A stretch of 64,000 nucleotides of DNA, taken from assembly GCA_038209745.1 (NCBI GenBank), contig JBBQXJ010000008.1, forward strand, positions 16,298 through 80,297, read 5' to 3'. Positions 15,549 through 25,624 of this stretch are shown here, piece after piece. The notes beneath the pieces were generated by a model. That model had not been told where the DNA came from. It did no database searches and saw only the letters and a list, made by a program, of their open reading frames with translations. Source of the DNA: Verrucomicrobiota bacterium. GTDB lineage: Bacteria > Verrucomicrobiota > Verrucomicrobiia > Limisphaerales > CANJSG01. Within the stretch, counting starts at the first letter, position 1; each line of letters starts with the position of its first letter. Both the position numbers and the translations under genes were made by a program.

Positions 15549-16444
15549 TTCCTGACGAGAAGCCCGCTGCTCCGCATCCAATCAGCGACCCGATCAGGCC
15601 ACGTGGTGACTTCCTGTTCGGTGCGACGAAGGCCGTAGCCGTGGCCGCCGGTGGGATAGAGATGCATGGAGGCGGGAACCTTGGCGTCTTTCAGCGCCTT
15701 GAAATAGACGAGCGCATTCTCGGCCTTCACCGGATCGTCCTCGGCCATGGCGATGAAGGTCGGCGGCGTGTTGCTGGTCACGGTCATTTCCGGAGCAAGA
15801 ATTTCGCCCTGGTTGTCCTTGGTCAGATAGGCGGGATAGATCAGCACCGAAAAGTCGGGCCGGCAGGATTCCTTGTCCGCCCCGTCCACCACGGGGTAGG
15901 TGCGGACCTGAAAGGTGTTGCTCAGGGCGGCGGCGAGATGTCCTCCAGCCGAAAAACCGAGCACTCCAATCCGACGGGGATCGATGCCCAGCTCCTTCGC
16001 CCGATGACGGACCAGGCCCATGGCCCGCTGGGCATCCTGCAACGGCGCGGCGTGCGGCGGCAGGCCTTCGCGGCGCGGAACGCGGTATTTCAGGAGCACG
16101 CCCGTGACGCCGACGGAATTGAGCCACTCGCAGACCTCGGTGCCCTCCAGATCCATCGCCAAGATGTGATAGCCGCCGCCGGGACAGACGAGAACCGCCG
16201 CACCGGTGTCCTTCTCCGGGGCCGGTTTGTAGACGGCCAGCGTCGGCGTGGAGACGTTGCCGAGCCGGATGAGCCGGCGGCCCGCCACGAAGTCCTCGGT
16301 CGGCTTGGTCAGGTCGGCCTCTTCGGCCATTCCACCTTTCTCGCCCGGCGCCGTCTCCGGCCAGAGGCGCTCCGGTTTCGGTTCGGCGGCACCGAGGCGC
16401 AGCGTGATGATCAGCGATCCGAGCAGGGCGAGACGGCGGTTCAT
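15545..16444 (-). CDS. Secreted alpha/beta hydrolase (carbohydrate esterase-like)
   Basis: Signal peptide; CPGGGY oxyanion motif, GFSAGGHL nucleophile elbow, DDPV and GGHGYG. Confidence 0.9.
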   Translation of the reverse strand: MNRRLALLGSLIITLRLGAAEPKPERLWPETAPGEKGGMAEEADLTKPTEDFVAGRRLIRLGNVSTPTLAVYKPAPEKDTGAAVLVCPGGGYHILAMDLEGTEVCEWLNSVGVTGVLLKYRVPRREGLPPHAAPLQDAQRAMGLVRHRAKELGIDPRRIGVLGFSAGGHLAAALSNTFQVRTYPVVDGADKESCRPDFSVLIYPAYLTKDNQGEILAPEMTVTSNTPPTFIAMAEDDPVKAENALVYFKALKDAKVPASMHLYPTGGHGYGLRRTEQEVTTWPDRVADWMRSSGLLVRK

Positions 16445-16457
16445 AGTTTGGAGACGA

Positions 16458-19400
16458 TCACTTTTTGGAGGCCTTGTTCAACCGTTCGAGGTAGTCGAGG
16501 AGCGAGGCGAAATCGGAGACCGTCAGCGGTGCGACCAGGCCTTCGGGCATGAGCGACTTCTCCAGTTTCTCGCGCTTGGCGACATCGGCGACCTTCACCT
16601 GAACCTCCTGGGCGGCGACGTTGCGGAGAGTCACCACGTCGGCCGCTTCCCGCACCACGAAGCCTTCGATCTCGTCGCCGTTCTTCATCTCGAAATGCTG
16701 GGTGACGAAGCCCTGGGCGATGGTCTTGTTCGGCATGAGAATGGCCTCGGCCAGTTCCCGACGCGGATAGACGGAGGCGATGTTGCCGAGGAACGGACCC
16801 TTCAGCGGCTCGTCGGTCGTCACGGTGTGGCAGGCGACGCAGCCCACTTGGGTGAAGAGCTGTTCACCCCGGTTCGCGTCGCCCTTGGTCATCATCACGG
16901 CCGCCACGACGTCGGCCACTTTCATGTCCTGGATGTGGGGTGCCTTCGCTTCGGCGCGGAACTTGTCGGGATTGATCCGCAACTGGTCGATCGTCTGTTT
17001 CGCGGCTTTGGCCACGTCTTGGTTCGGATCGTCGAGTGCGGCCACGAACTGGGCGGCCCGGCTGGTGTCGCGGGCCTCGGCGGCGGCCTTGAGGATCTGG
17101 ATGCGACGCTTGGGTTCCGACCAGCCGGCATCGAGTGCCTTGCTGGCGGCTTCACGGGCTTCGGGCGCACCGACCTTGCGGCCGGACAGACGGAGCAACA
17201 TCACGTCGGCGAGCTCGGACGCGTCTCCGTTCAGCTTGGCGGCTTCCTCCGCGAAGACCGCGTGGACCTGGTCGAGCCCGTTGGCGCCGAAGACGGCGCT
17301 CTTCGTTTTGGCGGCGAGATTGTTCTCGGTGCGCGTCGCCTGCACGAGCGGGTAGCCCGCGAGGATGGCGCTCCACGCGTCCGGACTGGAGGTCTTGGCG
17401 AGCGCGATCACGGCCTGGGCGCGAATGGCGTCGGACGTGTCCTGGGCCCGGGCCGTCCGGGCCAGCAGCGGAACGGCGCTCGCAGGCACGGAGTCGGCGT
17501 CGGCCAACTGGGCGGCAATGGCGGGCAAAAGGCTGGCGTCCTTTTCGGCGCGGGCGATGAGCGTGTCGATGGCGTCGCCGGCGGGGATGCGGTTGAGGGC
17601 CATTTCACGGCCGATGAGCGCGGCCTCCTTCGAGTCCGCCTTGTCGAGCGCGGCCTTGAGCGTGGAGCCGATCTTGGCGGTCTCGCTCCACGGATCCGGC
17701 TGGTAATAGGGCCCACGCGTGTCGGGCCGGGTGCCCCAGGAATCACCTTTCCACTCACCGTCGACGAAGTGCAGCCGGCAGAGCGCGGAGATCAATCCTT
17801 CGCGACGGGTCGCGTCGGTCTCCTTGTTCAATCGTGCGATCAATCCGTCCACCACGGCCGGAGTGTGCAGCGTCTGGAGGACTTGCAGCGCGCCGGCGCG
17901 GACCTCGGCGGAACTTTTCTTCGAATCGACCGCCGCCAAGCAAACGTCGTCCGCTTGAAGACGCATCAGGGCCTGGACCGCGGTGCGGGAGATGACCGGA
18001 TCGGCGTCGCCGAGCAATGGCACCAAGGCCTTGGCCTGCGCCACGTCTCCCAGGCGCCCGACCGCCACGACGGCTTCTTTGCGGGTGCGGGCGTCGGTGG
18101 ATTTCAGCGCGGCGAGGATCGGTTTGGCGGGAACGCCCTTCAATTCATCGGCCCGATCGGTCAGGGCCCGGATAGCCCAGGGAGCGATGGATGGATTCGC
18201 GGCGAGCTTGACCAAGGGCTGGATCGCGGCCGCCCCCAGGGCCTGCTTGAGCGCGAAGACCGCCGCCACACGGGTCGCGAGCGGCTTGGAAGAATTGCCG
18301 GCCACAGACTCCAACAGGGCGGCCACGGTCTTGTCCACACCGCGACGCAGCAAGGTGCGTTGCGCTTCGAGGCGACGGCGCGCGCTGGGCGAATCAAGCA
18401 GGCCGACGAGCTGGGAAGGAGTCGCTTTGGCGAAGTCCGGCAGCGGCTCCGGATGATAGCCGGTCGGCGTCAAGCGGACGAGGAAGCCGACGTCCAGACC
18501 GACCCAGGTGAACGAGGCCCCCTTCCAACTGGCCGCATAGATCGCGCTGTTGGCATCCACGTCGATGTCGGTCACGCGGTCGAGCCGGAGAAACTCCTCC
18601 TGGGTGACTTTGAACGTGGCGCCGTCGGGGGTGAGACCGTGGTGATAGACCCAGCCGCGGCCCCAGTCGTCGGTGAACGGAGCGTTGTTCCATTTGGCCG
18701 GGATGCCGGGTTCATCGATCCACGCGGCACCGCAGCCGGCACCGCCACCATAGTCGGCCAGAGGTTCGATGAATTCCCCGGGGAAATTCTTGAAGAGGCG
18801 CGGATACCCGTGCTGCGTCAGGCCGGAGAAGTGGTGGAAGCGAACGTCCCATCCGCCGCCGTCATTGGTGTTGTCACGGGCGAAGATGTCGAGCAACGGG
18901 CTGACCGCCGCTTCCAGGATGTTGCGGGTGCCCATCGCGTAGAGCTCGAGGCCGGAACCATCGGGCCGGAAACGAACCACCCCGCCTCCCCGCAGCTGAA
19001 GCTTTCTGCCGTCCGTTCCTTCGGCGTGCATGAAGCCGAAGTCGCCGATGGCGGCGTAGATCCAGCCGTCGATGCCCAGTTCCAGGCCGTTCGACGAATG
19101 GTCGGCGGGCCGGTCCTTGAAGTCGAAGGCGATGCCCTTGATGAGGACTTTGCTCTCGTCGGCCACGCCGTCGCCGTCGTTGTCGATGAAGACGCTGATG
19201 TTGGGCGGATGCATCAGGTAGAGGCGGTCATGGTCCCAGACGAGGCCGCGCGGTGAAACGACGTCCGGCACGAAGGCTTTCACCTCGTCGGCTTGACCAT
19301 CGCCGTTCGTATCGCGGACGCGAAGAACACGGCCGAGATGCTCCTTCCGGTCGAGCGATCCGTTGCCGTCGCTGGAGACGTAGAGCGTGCCGTCGGGCGC

Positions 19401-19694
19401 GGCTGCGATGAAGACGGGATAGTTCACCGCCGGCGGCGTGGCGAAGATGGTGGCGGTGAATCCTTCGGGCACCTTCACTTCCTTGATCAATTGCGCGGCC
19501 TTTTCCGGCAGCACGCCCGGGAGTTTGGCGAGTTGTTCCGGAGTAGGCTGCGCGTCCTTCGAGAGGAACGGGAACTGTTCGAGGATCGAGCCTCCCCCAC
19601 GCTGCGCCAATCCGGTCAGCGGAAAGAGCGCGGCGAATGCGGACGCCAAAACAAACGGAGCCTTAAAAGCACGGGAATGCGAACGAATAGCCAT
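16458..19694 (-). CDS. PVC-type heme-binding CxxCH protein (N-terminal propeller, HEAT repeats, C-terminal cytochrome c)
   Basis: VPEGFTATIFA, DTNGDGQAD, LGIDGWIY, GTRNILE; HEAT-like helical repeats; GDANRGEQLF...CVACH...SLMPEGL. Start 19694 chosen for its signal peptide. Confidence 0.88.
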   Translation of the reverse strand: MAIRSHSRAFKAPFVLASAFAALFPLTGLAQRGGGSILEQFPFLSKDAQPTPEQLAKLPGVLPEKAAQLIKEVKVPEGFTATIFATPPAVNYPVFIAAAPDGTLYVSSDGNGSLDRKEHLGRVLRVRDTNGDGQADEVKAFVPDVVSPRGLVWDHDRLYLMHPPNISVFIDNDGDGVADESKVLIKGIAFDFKDRPADHSSNGLELGIDGWIYAAIGDFGFMHAEGTDGRKLQLRGGGVVRFRPDGSGLELYAMGTRNILEAAVSPLLDIFARDNTNDGGGWDVRFHHFSGLTQHGYPRLFKNFPGEFIEPLADYGGGAGCGAAWIDEPGIPAKWNNAPFTDDWGRGWVYHHGLTPDGATFKVTQEEFLRLDRVTDIDVDANSAIYAASWKGASFTWVGLDVGFLVRLTPTGYHPEPLPDFAKATPSQLVGLLDSPSARRRLEAQRTLLRRGVDKTVAALLESVAGNSSKPLATRVAAVFALKQALGAAAIQPLVKLAANPSIAPWAIRALTDRADELKGVPAKPILAALKSTDARTRKEAVVAVGRLGDVAQAKALVPLLGDADPVISRTAVQALMRLQADDVCLAAVDSKKSSAEVRAGALQVLQTLHTPAVVDGLIARLNKETDATRREGLISALCRLHFVDGEWKGDSWGTRPDTRGPYYQPDPWSETAKIGSTLKAALDKADSKEAALIGREMALNRIPAGDAIDTLIARAEKDASLLPAIAAQLADADSVPASAVPLLARTARAQDTSDAIRAQAVIALAKTSSPDAWSAILAGYPLVQATRTENNLAAKTKSAVFGANGLDQVHAVFAEEAAKLNGDASELADVMLLRLSGRKVGAPEAREAASKALDAGWSEPKRRIQILKAAAEARDTSRAAQFVAALDDPNQDVAKAAKQTIDQLRINPDKFRAEAKAPHIQDMKVADVVAAVMMTKGDANRGEQLFTQVGCVACHTVTTDEPLKGPFLGNIASVYPRRELAEAILMPNKTIAQGFVTQHFEMKNGDEIEGFVVREAADVVTLRNVAAQEVQVKVADVAKREKLEKSLMPEGLVAPLTVSDFASLLDYLERLNKASKK

Positions 19695-19893
19695 GGGATG
19701 GTGTGTTACGAAGAGCATGGAAAAGCCGGCTGCCCCGAGCAACGCCGCGTTTCATGATTCGTCAGGCTTTCCGCAGGGCTGACGGATCGGCCCGAACGTC
19801 GGTGCGACTCGAAGTTCTCGAATGGCCTCGCGGCGCGGCCCCAAAGAAGAAGCCCGTTTCCCCCAAGGGCGCAGTCCGCCAAACCGTCGGGAC

Positions 19894-21015
19894 TCAGGGC
19901 CGGGGTGGGCGCCCCCGGGTGCCGCGGGCGCGGCGGGCGATCGACGGAATTCGCTCATCGCGGACCTTGGGCTCGAACCGGCGCTTAGCGATTTCGCCGA
20001 ACGGACGGCGGGCGGCAGGCGGACGCGGACGCGGCGATGGCGCCTCAACGCCTTCGGGGCGCCATGGAGCTTCGCGCCGTATTTCGGGACGGACCGTTCG
20101 GCGAGGGGCCGAAGTTGTCCGGCTTGATTCCCGGCCGAAGACTCGCTGTTCGGGCCGCTCCGGGCGCCGGGAAACGCCTCCGCGAGGCGCACGTGAACCC
20201 GAGGCCTGCACGCCCGTCACCTCGTCCTCTTCTTCATCCGGCTCGTTCAAAGGACCGAGCGGCGGATCGAAGCGGACCTGCTTGATCTGCTCCTCGGCCT
20301 GTTCGGCGTTGAACTTGTAGTAGTGGACGAAGTCCTTGATCGGGGCCGACACCATGATGGCCTTGCGGTCAAAGGGGTCCGCGAATCCCAAGCGGATGGC
20401 GCGCAACCCGAGCAGCGCGTGGCGGTTAGCCCCGGCATACATGCGATCACCCGCCACCGGGGTGCGGTTGGCGAGCAGGTGAAGCCGGATCTGATGGGTG
20501 CGGCCGGTGATGGGCCGAACCAGCACGAGCGCCGCCCGATCGTTCTTCTGCAACACCTGGAAATGGGTCTCGGCCTGCTTGCCGTAGTCCGGATCGACGC
20601 GGTGCCGACCGTACCGCTCGGGATCCGGACCGAGCGGGAGCTGGCAGATCCAGCGATCAAGCTTCGGCACACCATGCGTCACGGCGAGATAGGACTTCTC
20701 CACCCGGCGCTGGGCGAATTGAACCGAGAGCGGCCGCATCGCTCCCAGGTGCTTGGCACACATCAGCACTCCGCTCGTGTCGGCATCCAGCCGGTGGACG
20801 AACCGGAGAAACTTCAGTCCCCGGGACCGGGCCCAGAAGGCGCCTCCGCCAATGGAGGATTCGATGGCGATCTGCAGGTTCGAGCGACCTGGCACGGGCA
20901 CGTCGGGCGTGAGCACCCAACCAGCCGGTTTGTCCAGGAGCAGAATGCTGCGGTTCTCAAAGAGGATCCGGACAAGAGTTCCGTCCCCGAGTTCAATGTG
21001 GGTGGTTTTGGCCAA
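19894..21015 (-). CDS. RluA-family RNA pseudouridine synthase with long Arg/Pro-rich C-terminal tail
   Basis: LLDKPAG, VHRLDADTSG (catalytic Asp), TGRTHQIRLHL, VAGDRMY. Confidence 0.92.
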   Translation of the reverse strand: MAKTTHIELGDGTLVRILFENRSILLLDKPAGWVLTPDVPVPGRSNLQIAIESSIGGGAFWARSRGLKFLRFVHRLDADTSGVLMCAKHLGAMRPLSVQFAQRRVEKSYLAVTHGVPKLDRWICQLPLGPDPERYGRHRVDPDYGKQAETHFQVLQKNDRAALVLVRPITGRTHQIRLHLLANRTPVAGDRMYAGANRHALLGLRAIRLGFADPFDRKAIMVSAPIKDFVHYYKFNAEQAEEQIKQVRFDPPLGPLNEPDEEEDEVTGVQASGSRAPRGGVSRRPERPEQRVFGRESSRTTSAPRRTVRPEIRREAPWRPEGVEAPSPRPRPPAARRPFGEIAKRRFEPKVRDERIPSIARRARGTRGRPPRP

Positions 21016-21037
21016 AGGAAAGGACCGGAAACTCCGG

Positions 21038-21355
21038 TCAATCGCGACCTTCCACCAGGGTCGCCTTCTGGGATTCGGCGACGCGGCGGTAGGGCGAATG
21101 GAGATTGAAGTAGATGCCGCACAGAGGCCGATCGGACTCGGATTGGCTAAGAATAATGGTCACGTGGCCGTCCAGTGCGATCCCGTGTCGCAGATGCGGG
21201 GCGCGGCTCTCGAAGGCGTCGATCGCCTTTTGGACAAGACGATGCAGTGCGCCCTCACAATCGGAGGGCGCCTTCTCAAGACAGACGATGCAGCGGTCGA
21301 AGACCCGGAGGGCTTCCTGCATCTCTTCTTCAAACATTTCGATGGTCAGCACCAT
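21038..21355 (-). CDS. Hypothetical protein (105 aa)
   Basis: Globular-looking ORF with ATG start, co-oriented between rpsA and the RluA gene. Confidence 0.7.
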   Translation of the reverse strand: MVLTIEMFEEEMQEALRVFDRCIVCLEKAPSDCEGALHRLVQKAIDAFESRAPHLRHGIALDGHVTIILSQSESDRPLCGIYFNLHSPYRRVAESQKATLVEGRD

Positions 21356-21400
21356 GACCCGGTCATTAAAACGTATGATGGAGGGAAATCAATAGATGCG

Positions 21401-21433
21401 TCCTGGATCGGTCGATCCGCGACCGATCCAGGA
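21401..21433. repeat. Perfect 14-bp inverted repeat
   Basis: TCCTGGATCGGTCG-ATCCG-CGACCGATCCAGGA. Confidence 0.8.
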
Positions 21434-21435
21434 CA

Positions 21436-21466
21436 AAGTAAAAGGGCCGGCTGACGCCGGCCCTTT
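21436..21466 (-). terminator. Intrinsic terminator of rpsA
   Basis: Minus strand AAAGGGCCGGC-GTCA-GCCGGCCCTTT-TACTTT. Confidence 0.8.
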
Positions 21467-21491
21467 ATGGTTGGGATCAGAAGAGACGGGG

Positions 21492-23162
21492 CTACTCCTT
21501 GCCCTTGATCATCTCGTCCGCCGCGTCGAACGCGTGCTGGAGAGCGACGAGGTCTTCGCCGGGCTTCAGGTTGTCGAGCATCTTCTGCTCTTCCTTCAGC
21601 TGTTCCGGGCTGTAGTTGGCCGCCTTGATGGACAGGCCGATGCGCCGGTCGCTGCGGTCGATCTTGATCACACGGGCCGTCACGTCGTCGCCGACCTTGA
21701 GCACGTTCTTGATCTTGTCCACCCGGTCTTCGCTGACCTGGGAGATGTGGACCAATCCATCGATCTCGTGCTGGAGCCCAACAAAGGCACCGAAGCTCGC
21801 CAGCTTGGTGACCTGGCCGGTGACGAGATCGCCGACTTTGTAGAAGTCGTCGATCTTGTCCCAAGGATCGATCTCGAGCTGCTTCACGCCGATCGAGATG
21901 CGCTGGTTGGCCTTGTCGACCTCGAGCACCACGGCCGCGACGTCGTCGCCCTTCTTGAACACCTCAGACGGGTGGTTGATCTTGCGGGTCCAGCTGATGT
22001 CGGACACGTGGATCATGCCGTCCAGGCCTTCTTCCAGTTCGACGAAGGCGCCGTAGCTGGTGAGGTTGCGGACCTTGCCGCTGACCTTGGTGCCGACAGG
22101 ATACTTGGCTTCGGCGTTGTCCCACGGGTTGGTCTCGAGCTGGCGGACACCGAGGGAGATCTTCTGTTCCTCGCGGTTGATGCCGAGCACGACGGCCTCG
22201 AGTTCCTGATCCGCCTTGAGGACGTCGGAGGGCTTGGCGATGCGCTTGGTCCAGCTGAGCTCGGTGACGTGGACGAGGCCTTCGACACCGGGTTCGAGTT
22301 CGACGAAAGCGCCGTAGGGCACGAGGTTGACGACCTTGCCTTTGACCTTCTGGCCAACGGTGTACTTGGCTTCGATGCCTTCCCAAGGATTCTGCATCTT
22401 CTGCTTGAGGCCGAGGGAGACGCGTTCCTTCTCGCGGTTGATGTCGAGAACGACGACGTCGAGGTCCTGTCCGACGCGGAGGAGCTCGCTCGGATGGCCG
22501 ATGCGGCCCCAGGACATGTCGGTGATGTGCAGGAGGCCGTCCAGACCGTTGAGGTCGATGAACGCGCCGAAGTCGGTGAGGTTCTTGACGGTGCCCTTGC
22601 GGATGTCGCCGGGCATCATCTCGGAGAGCAGCTTGGAGCGCTTCTCGTTGCGTTCGGCCTCGATGAGCTCGCGGCGGGACAGGACGACGTTCTGACGGTC
22701 CTGGTTGATCTTGACGACCTTGAACTCGTAGGTGTTGCCGACGAAGGGGGCGAGATTCTTGGGCGGAACGATGTCCACCTGGGAAGCGGGCAGGAACGCC
22801 TCGACGCCAATGTTGACGATGAGACCGCCCTTGACGGCGGCCTTGACCTTGCCGGTGACGGTGGAGCCTTCGCTGGCGATCTGGAGGATCTTCTCCCAGT
22901 TCTGCTTGAACTCGGCCTTCTCTTTGGAGAGGACGACCATGCCGTCCTTGTCTTCGAGCTTCTCGATCAGGACGTCGATGACATCCCCGACCTTCACGAC
23001 CTTGATATCATCGAACTGGTTCCCGGAGACGACCCCTTCGGACTTGTAGCCGATGTCCACCATGACTTCCTTGGGACGGACTTCGATGATGGTTCCCTTT
23101 ACGATCTGGCCCGCAGCGAAGAGCGTGTCGCTCTGCTTCATGGCCTCTTCCATTGTCAGCAT
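21492..23162 (-). CDS. rpsA: 30S ribosomal protein S1
   Basis: Six S1 repeats (VDIGYKSEG, AFLPASQVD, DFGAFIDL..GLLHITDMSW, YGAFVEL, FGAFVGL). Start MLTMEEAMK. Confidence 0.97.
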   Translation of the reverse strand: MLTMEEAMKQSDTLFAAGQIVKGTIIEVRPKEVMVDIGYKSEGVVSGNQFDDIKVVKVGDVIDVLIEKLEDKDGMVVLSKEKAEFKQNWEKILQIASEGSTVTGKVKAAVKGGLIVNIGVEAFLPASQVDIVPPKNLAPFVGNTYEFKVVKINQDRQNVVLSRRELIEAERNEKRSKLLSEMMPGDIRKGTVKNLTDFGAFIDLNGLDGLLHITDMSWGRIGHPSELLRVGQDLDVVVLDINREKERVSLGLKQKMQNPWEGIEAKYTVGQKVKGKVVNLVPYGAFVELEPGVEGLVHVTELSWTKRIAKPSDVLKADQELEAVVLGINREEQKISLGVRQLETNPWDNAEAKYPVGTKVSGKVRNLTSYGAFVELEEGLDGMIHVSDISWTRKINHPSEVFKKGDDVAAVVLEVDKANQRISIGVKQLEIDPWDKIDDFYKVGDLVTGQVTKLASFGAFVGLQHEIDGLVHISQVSEDRVDKIKNVLKVGDDVTARVIKIDRSDRRIGLSIKAANYSPEQLKEEQKMLDNLKPGEDLVALQHAFDAADEMIKGKE

Positions 23163-23439
23163 TCTGCTTCTCTTTATGAATATCAGCGGGAGTCCTATCG
23201 GCGTGAAATCGCCTGAAGGCTCCATTGCCTAACTGAAAACCCTGGTTGCCTGGCAACGGAGGTTGAAGGTTAGGTTGCTGGTTGACTGTTGTTTCTCGGC
23301 CCTGTTCGACAATCCGCACACGCGGCGTCGGGGCGATTGACAAACTCCTGCATCCAGAACCTCGCTGGCAAGCTGTTATTTGCCCTCCGGCTCGCCGCAC
23401 GGGCGGGCCCAAATTCGACTTTCACGCCCACGCTGAGCC

Positions 23440-23709
23440 GGCAAGCCGGCCTCCAGAAGGCCGCTGTCCGAGAACACAACGCCCTCGAGGGTAAAGGCAG
23501 CAGCCGTCGCCCCGGTCTTCAAGACAAAGTCTTCGGTCCTGGTTTGTTCCTGTAAGTGGAGACCCAGGTCGGCATCGATCAGCGGCAGGATATGGGGCGG
23601 GCGTTCGACAACGGTGACGTGGATTCCTCGGCGATGAAGCAGGATAGGCCGCAGCCGACGCACCGCTGGGGACACCGCGCCCGACAACAATACGACGGGG
23701 AGTTTTCAT
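23440..23709 (-). pseudogene. Internally deleted, frameshifted remnant of a CoA-disulfide reductase/NADH oxidase-family flavoprotein
   Basis: MKTPRRIVVGRGVPSGASAAA (decayed IVGGVAGGASAAA) joined in another frame to LHRRGIHVTVVERPPHILPLIDADLGLHLQEQ...EGVVFSDSGLLEA. Confidence 0.6.
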
Positions 23710-23824
23710 CGGGGCGACATTGACAAATCGGAACCAAAAACAAGGAGCGGGTCGCCGATCAGTGGTCTTCCAGCGTCTCCGGGCTGCAATCTCGAATCGC
23801 ACCGCAAACCCGTCACGATGCGGG

Positions 23825-25624
23825 CTACCCCAGCGGCTCCGCACCGCGGGTGACCCTCGCGTAGTACCCGCCCCGGCGGATCAGTTCATCGTGCGATCCG
23901 CTCTCGGCGATCGCCCCGTCCTGGATCACGATGATCTTCGTCACACGCCGGATGGTGCTGAGCCGATGCGCCACCATCAGGACGGTGCGGCCGCGCATGA
24001 GCTCATGGAGGCTTTGGACGACCAGCTGTTCGCTCTCGGCATCGAGCGCGCTCGTAGGCTCGTCGAGCAGCAGAACCGGGGCGTTCTTGAGGAAGGCCCG
24101 CGCGAGATTCAGCCGCTGCCGCTCGCCAACGCTGAGTCGGGATGCGCCGTCGCCGACCGAAGTGTCATAGCCTCGAGAAAGCCGACGGATGAAGGCGTCG
24201 GCATTGGCGGACTTGGCCGCGGCTTCGATCTCTTCTCGCGACGCCCCGGGTTTGCCATACGCGATATTCTCGGCGATGGACGCCGGGAGCAGGATCGGCT
24301 CCTGCAGCACGACCGCGATCTGGGAGCGAAGATCCCGCAGCTTCAATTCGCGGAGATCCACTCCGTCCAATGAGACCGCGCCAGACGTTGGATCGTAGAA
24401 CCGCGGGAGCAGGTTCATCAGCGTGGTTTTGCCCACGCCGCTAGGACCGATGATCGCGGCGGATTCGCCCGGTTTCAGACAGAACGAAATGTCGCGCAAG
24501 ACCGAGCGTTCGGAAGTGTAACCGAAGCCGACGTGGTCGAAGCGCACTTCGCCGCGAACGGTCAACGCGCCAGACGCGGGGGACGGATCTCCGACACGTG
24601 AGACTCCCCGCTTCCCGTCTTTGACTTCCTCCGGCGTATCCAGAAGTTCAAACACCCGACCCGCCGCCGCTGACGCGCTGGAAACGGTCGCCCCTACATG
24701 GGAAAGCTGGTTGAGCGGGTCGTAGAGCTGCCCGAGATAGGTCAGAAAGATGAAGAGATCGCCAACCGTAAGTTTACCAGACAGCACCTCGCGTCCTCCC
24801 ATCCAGATGATCGCGGCGGCCCCAAGCCCGAAAACCGATCCGATCGCCAGCCAATAGACCAATTCCCATGCGTGTTGGGCCAACCGCGTGTCGTGGGCCG
24901 TCAAGGTCTGCGTGTTGAACTGGGTCTGTTCATAGTCCTCCCGCGTGTAGCTCTGGATGAGCGGCAGAGCCACGACGGTTTGTTGGACCTGCGACGTGAC
25001 CGCGCTGTCCGCCTGTTGAGCGGCGGCTCCCCGCTCCGTCATCTTCTTTCCGAAGAACCGGATGACCAGAAGCAGCAGCGGCACGGTGCCGAGGGCGACG
25101 AGGGTCAACCCGCCGTTCAGCTTCAGCATCACGACGACCATCATGCAGAGTGAAATCAGCGCCTTGAGGAACGTCAGGAGCCCCTGCTGAAAAAGTGTCT
25201 GGATCGAGTAGGTGTCCCAAGACGCGCGGTAGATCAGGTCGCCGCTCTTCGTCCCCTGATGGAATTTGAGCGAAAGCCGTTGGAGACACGCGAAAACCGC
25301 GTTGCGCGCTCGCATCAGACCGCGCAGCCCGGCCTGGATGGAGATGAAGTTCTGTCCGGCATCGATCGTCCCTTGGAATAGATAGATCACAAACGCCGCC
25401 AACCCCAATACGGCCACGGCGGTCGCCTTCGGCCAGTCCGCTGCCCCAGTGCCGGCGAGCCATGATGGCAGCGGCTTGTCACCGAGAACCGAATCGATGA
25501 GCAGCGCCACCGGCCATGGCTTGAGAAGATTTGTTCCTACCCCCAGAAAAAGCAGACCCAGAATCGCGACCAAACGGCGGCGATCATCACGATAGAACTG
25601 AAATGCTCTGCGCCACGGCGACAT
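23825..25624 (-). CDS. ABC exporter, fused permease/ATP-binding (MsbA-like)
   Basis: N-terminal TM helices; GPSGVGKTT Walker A, LSVGERQR signature, LLLDEPTSALD Walker B, AHRLST. Confidence 0.95.
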   Translation of the reverse strand: MSPWRRAFQFYRDDRRRLVAILGLLFLGVGTNLLKPWPVALLIDSVLGDKPLPSWLAGTGAADWPKATAVAVLGLAAFVIYLFQGTIDAGQNFISIQAGLRGLMRARNAVFACLQRLSLKFHQGTKSGDLIYRASWDTYSIQTLFQQGLLTFLKALISLCMMVVVMLKLNGGLTLVALGTVPLLLLVIRFFGKKMTERGAAAQQADSAVTSQVQQTVVALPLIQSYTREDYEQTQFNTQTLTAHDTRLAQHAWELVYWLAIGSVFGLGAAAIIWMGGREVLSGKLTVGDLFIFLTYLGQLYDPLNQLSHVGATVSSASAAAGRVFELLDTPEEVKDGKRGVSRVGDPSPASGALTVRGEVRFDHVGFGYTSERSVLRDISFCLKPGESAAIIGPSGVGKTTLMNLLPRFYDPTSGAVSLDGVDLRELKLRDLRSQIAVVLQEPILLPASIAENIAYGKPGASREEIEAAAKSANADAFIRRLSRGYDTSVGDGASRLSVGERQRLNLARAFLKNAPVLLLDEPTSALDAESEQLVVQSLHELMRGRTVLMVAHRLSTIRRVTKIIVIQDGAIAESGSHDELIRRGGYYARVTRGAEPLG

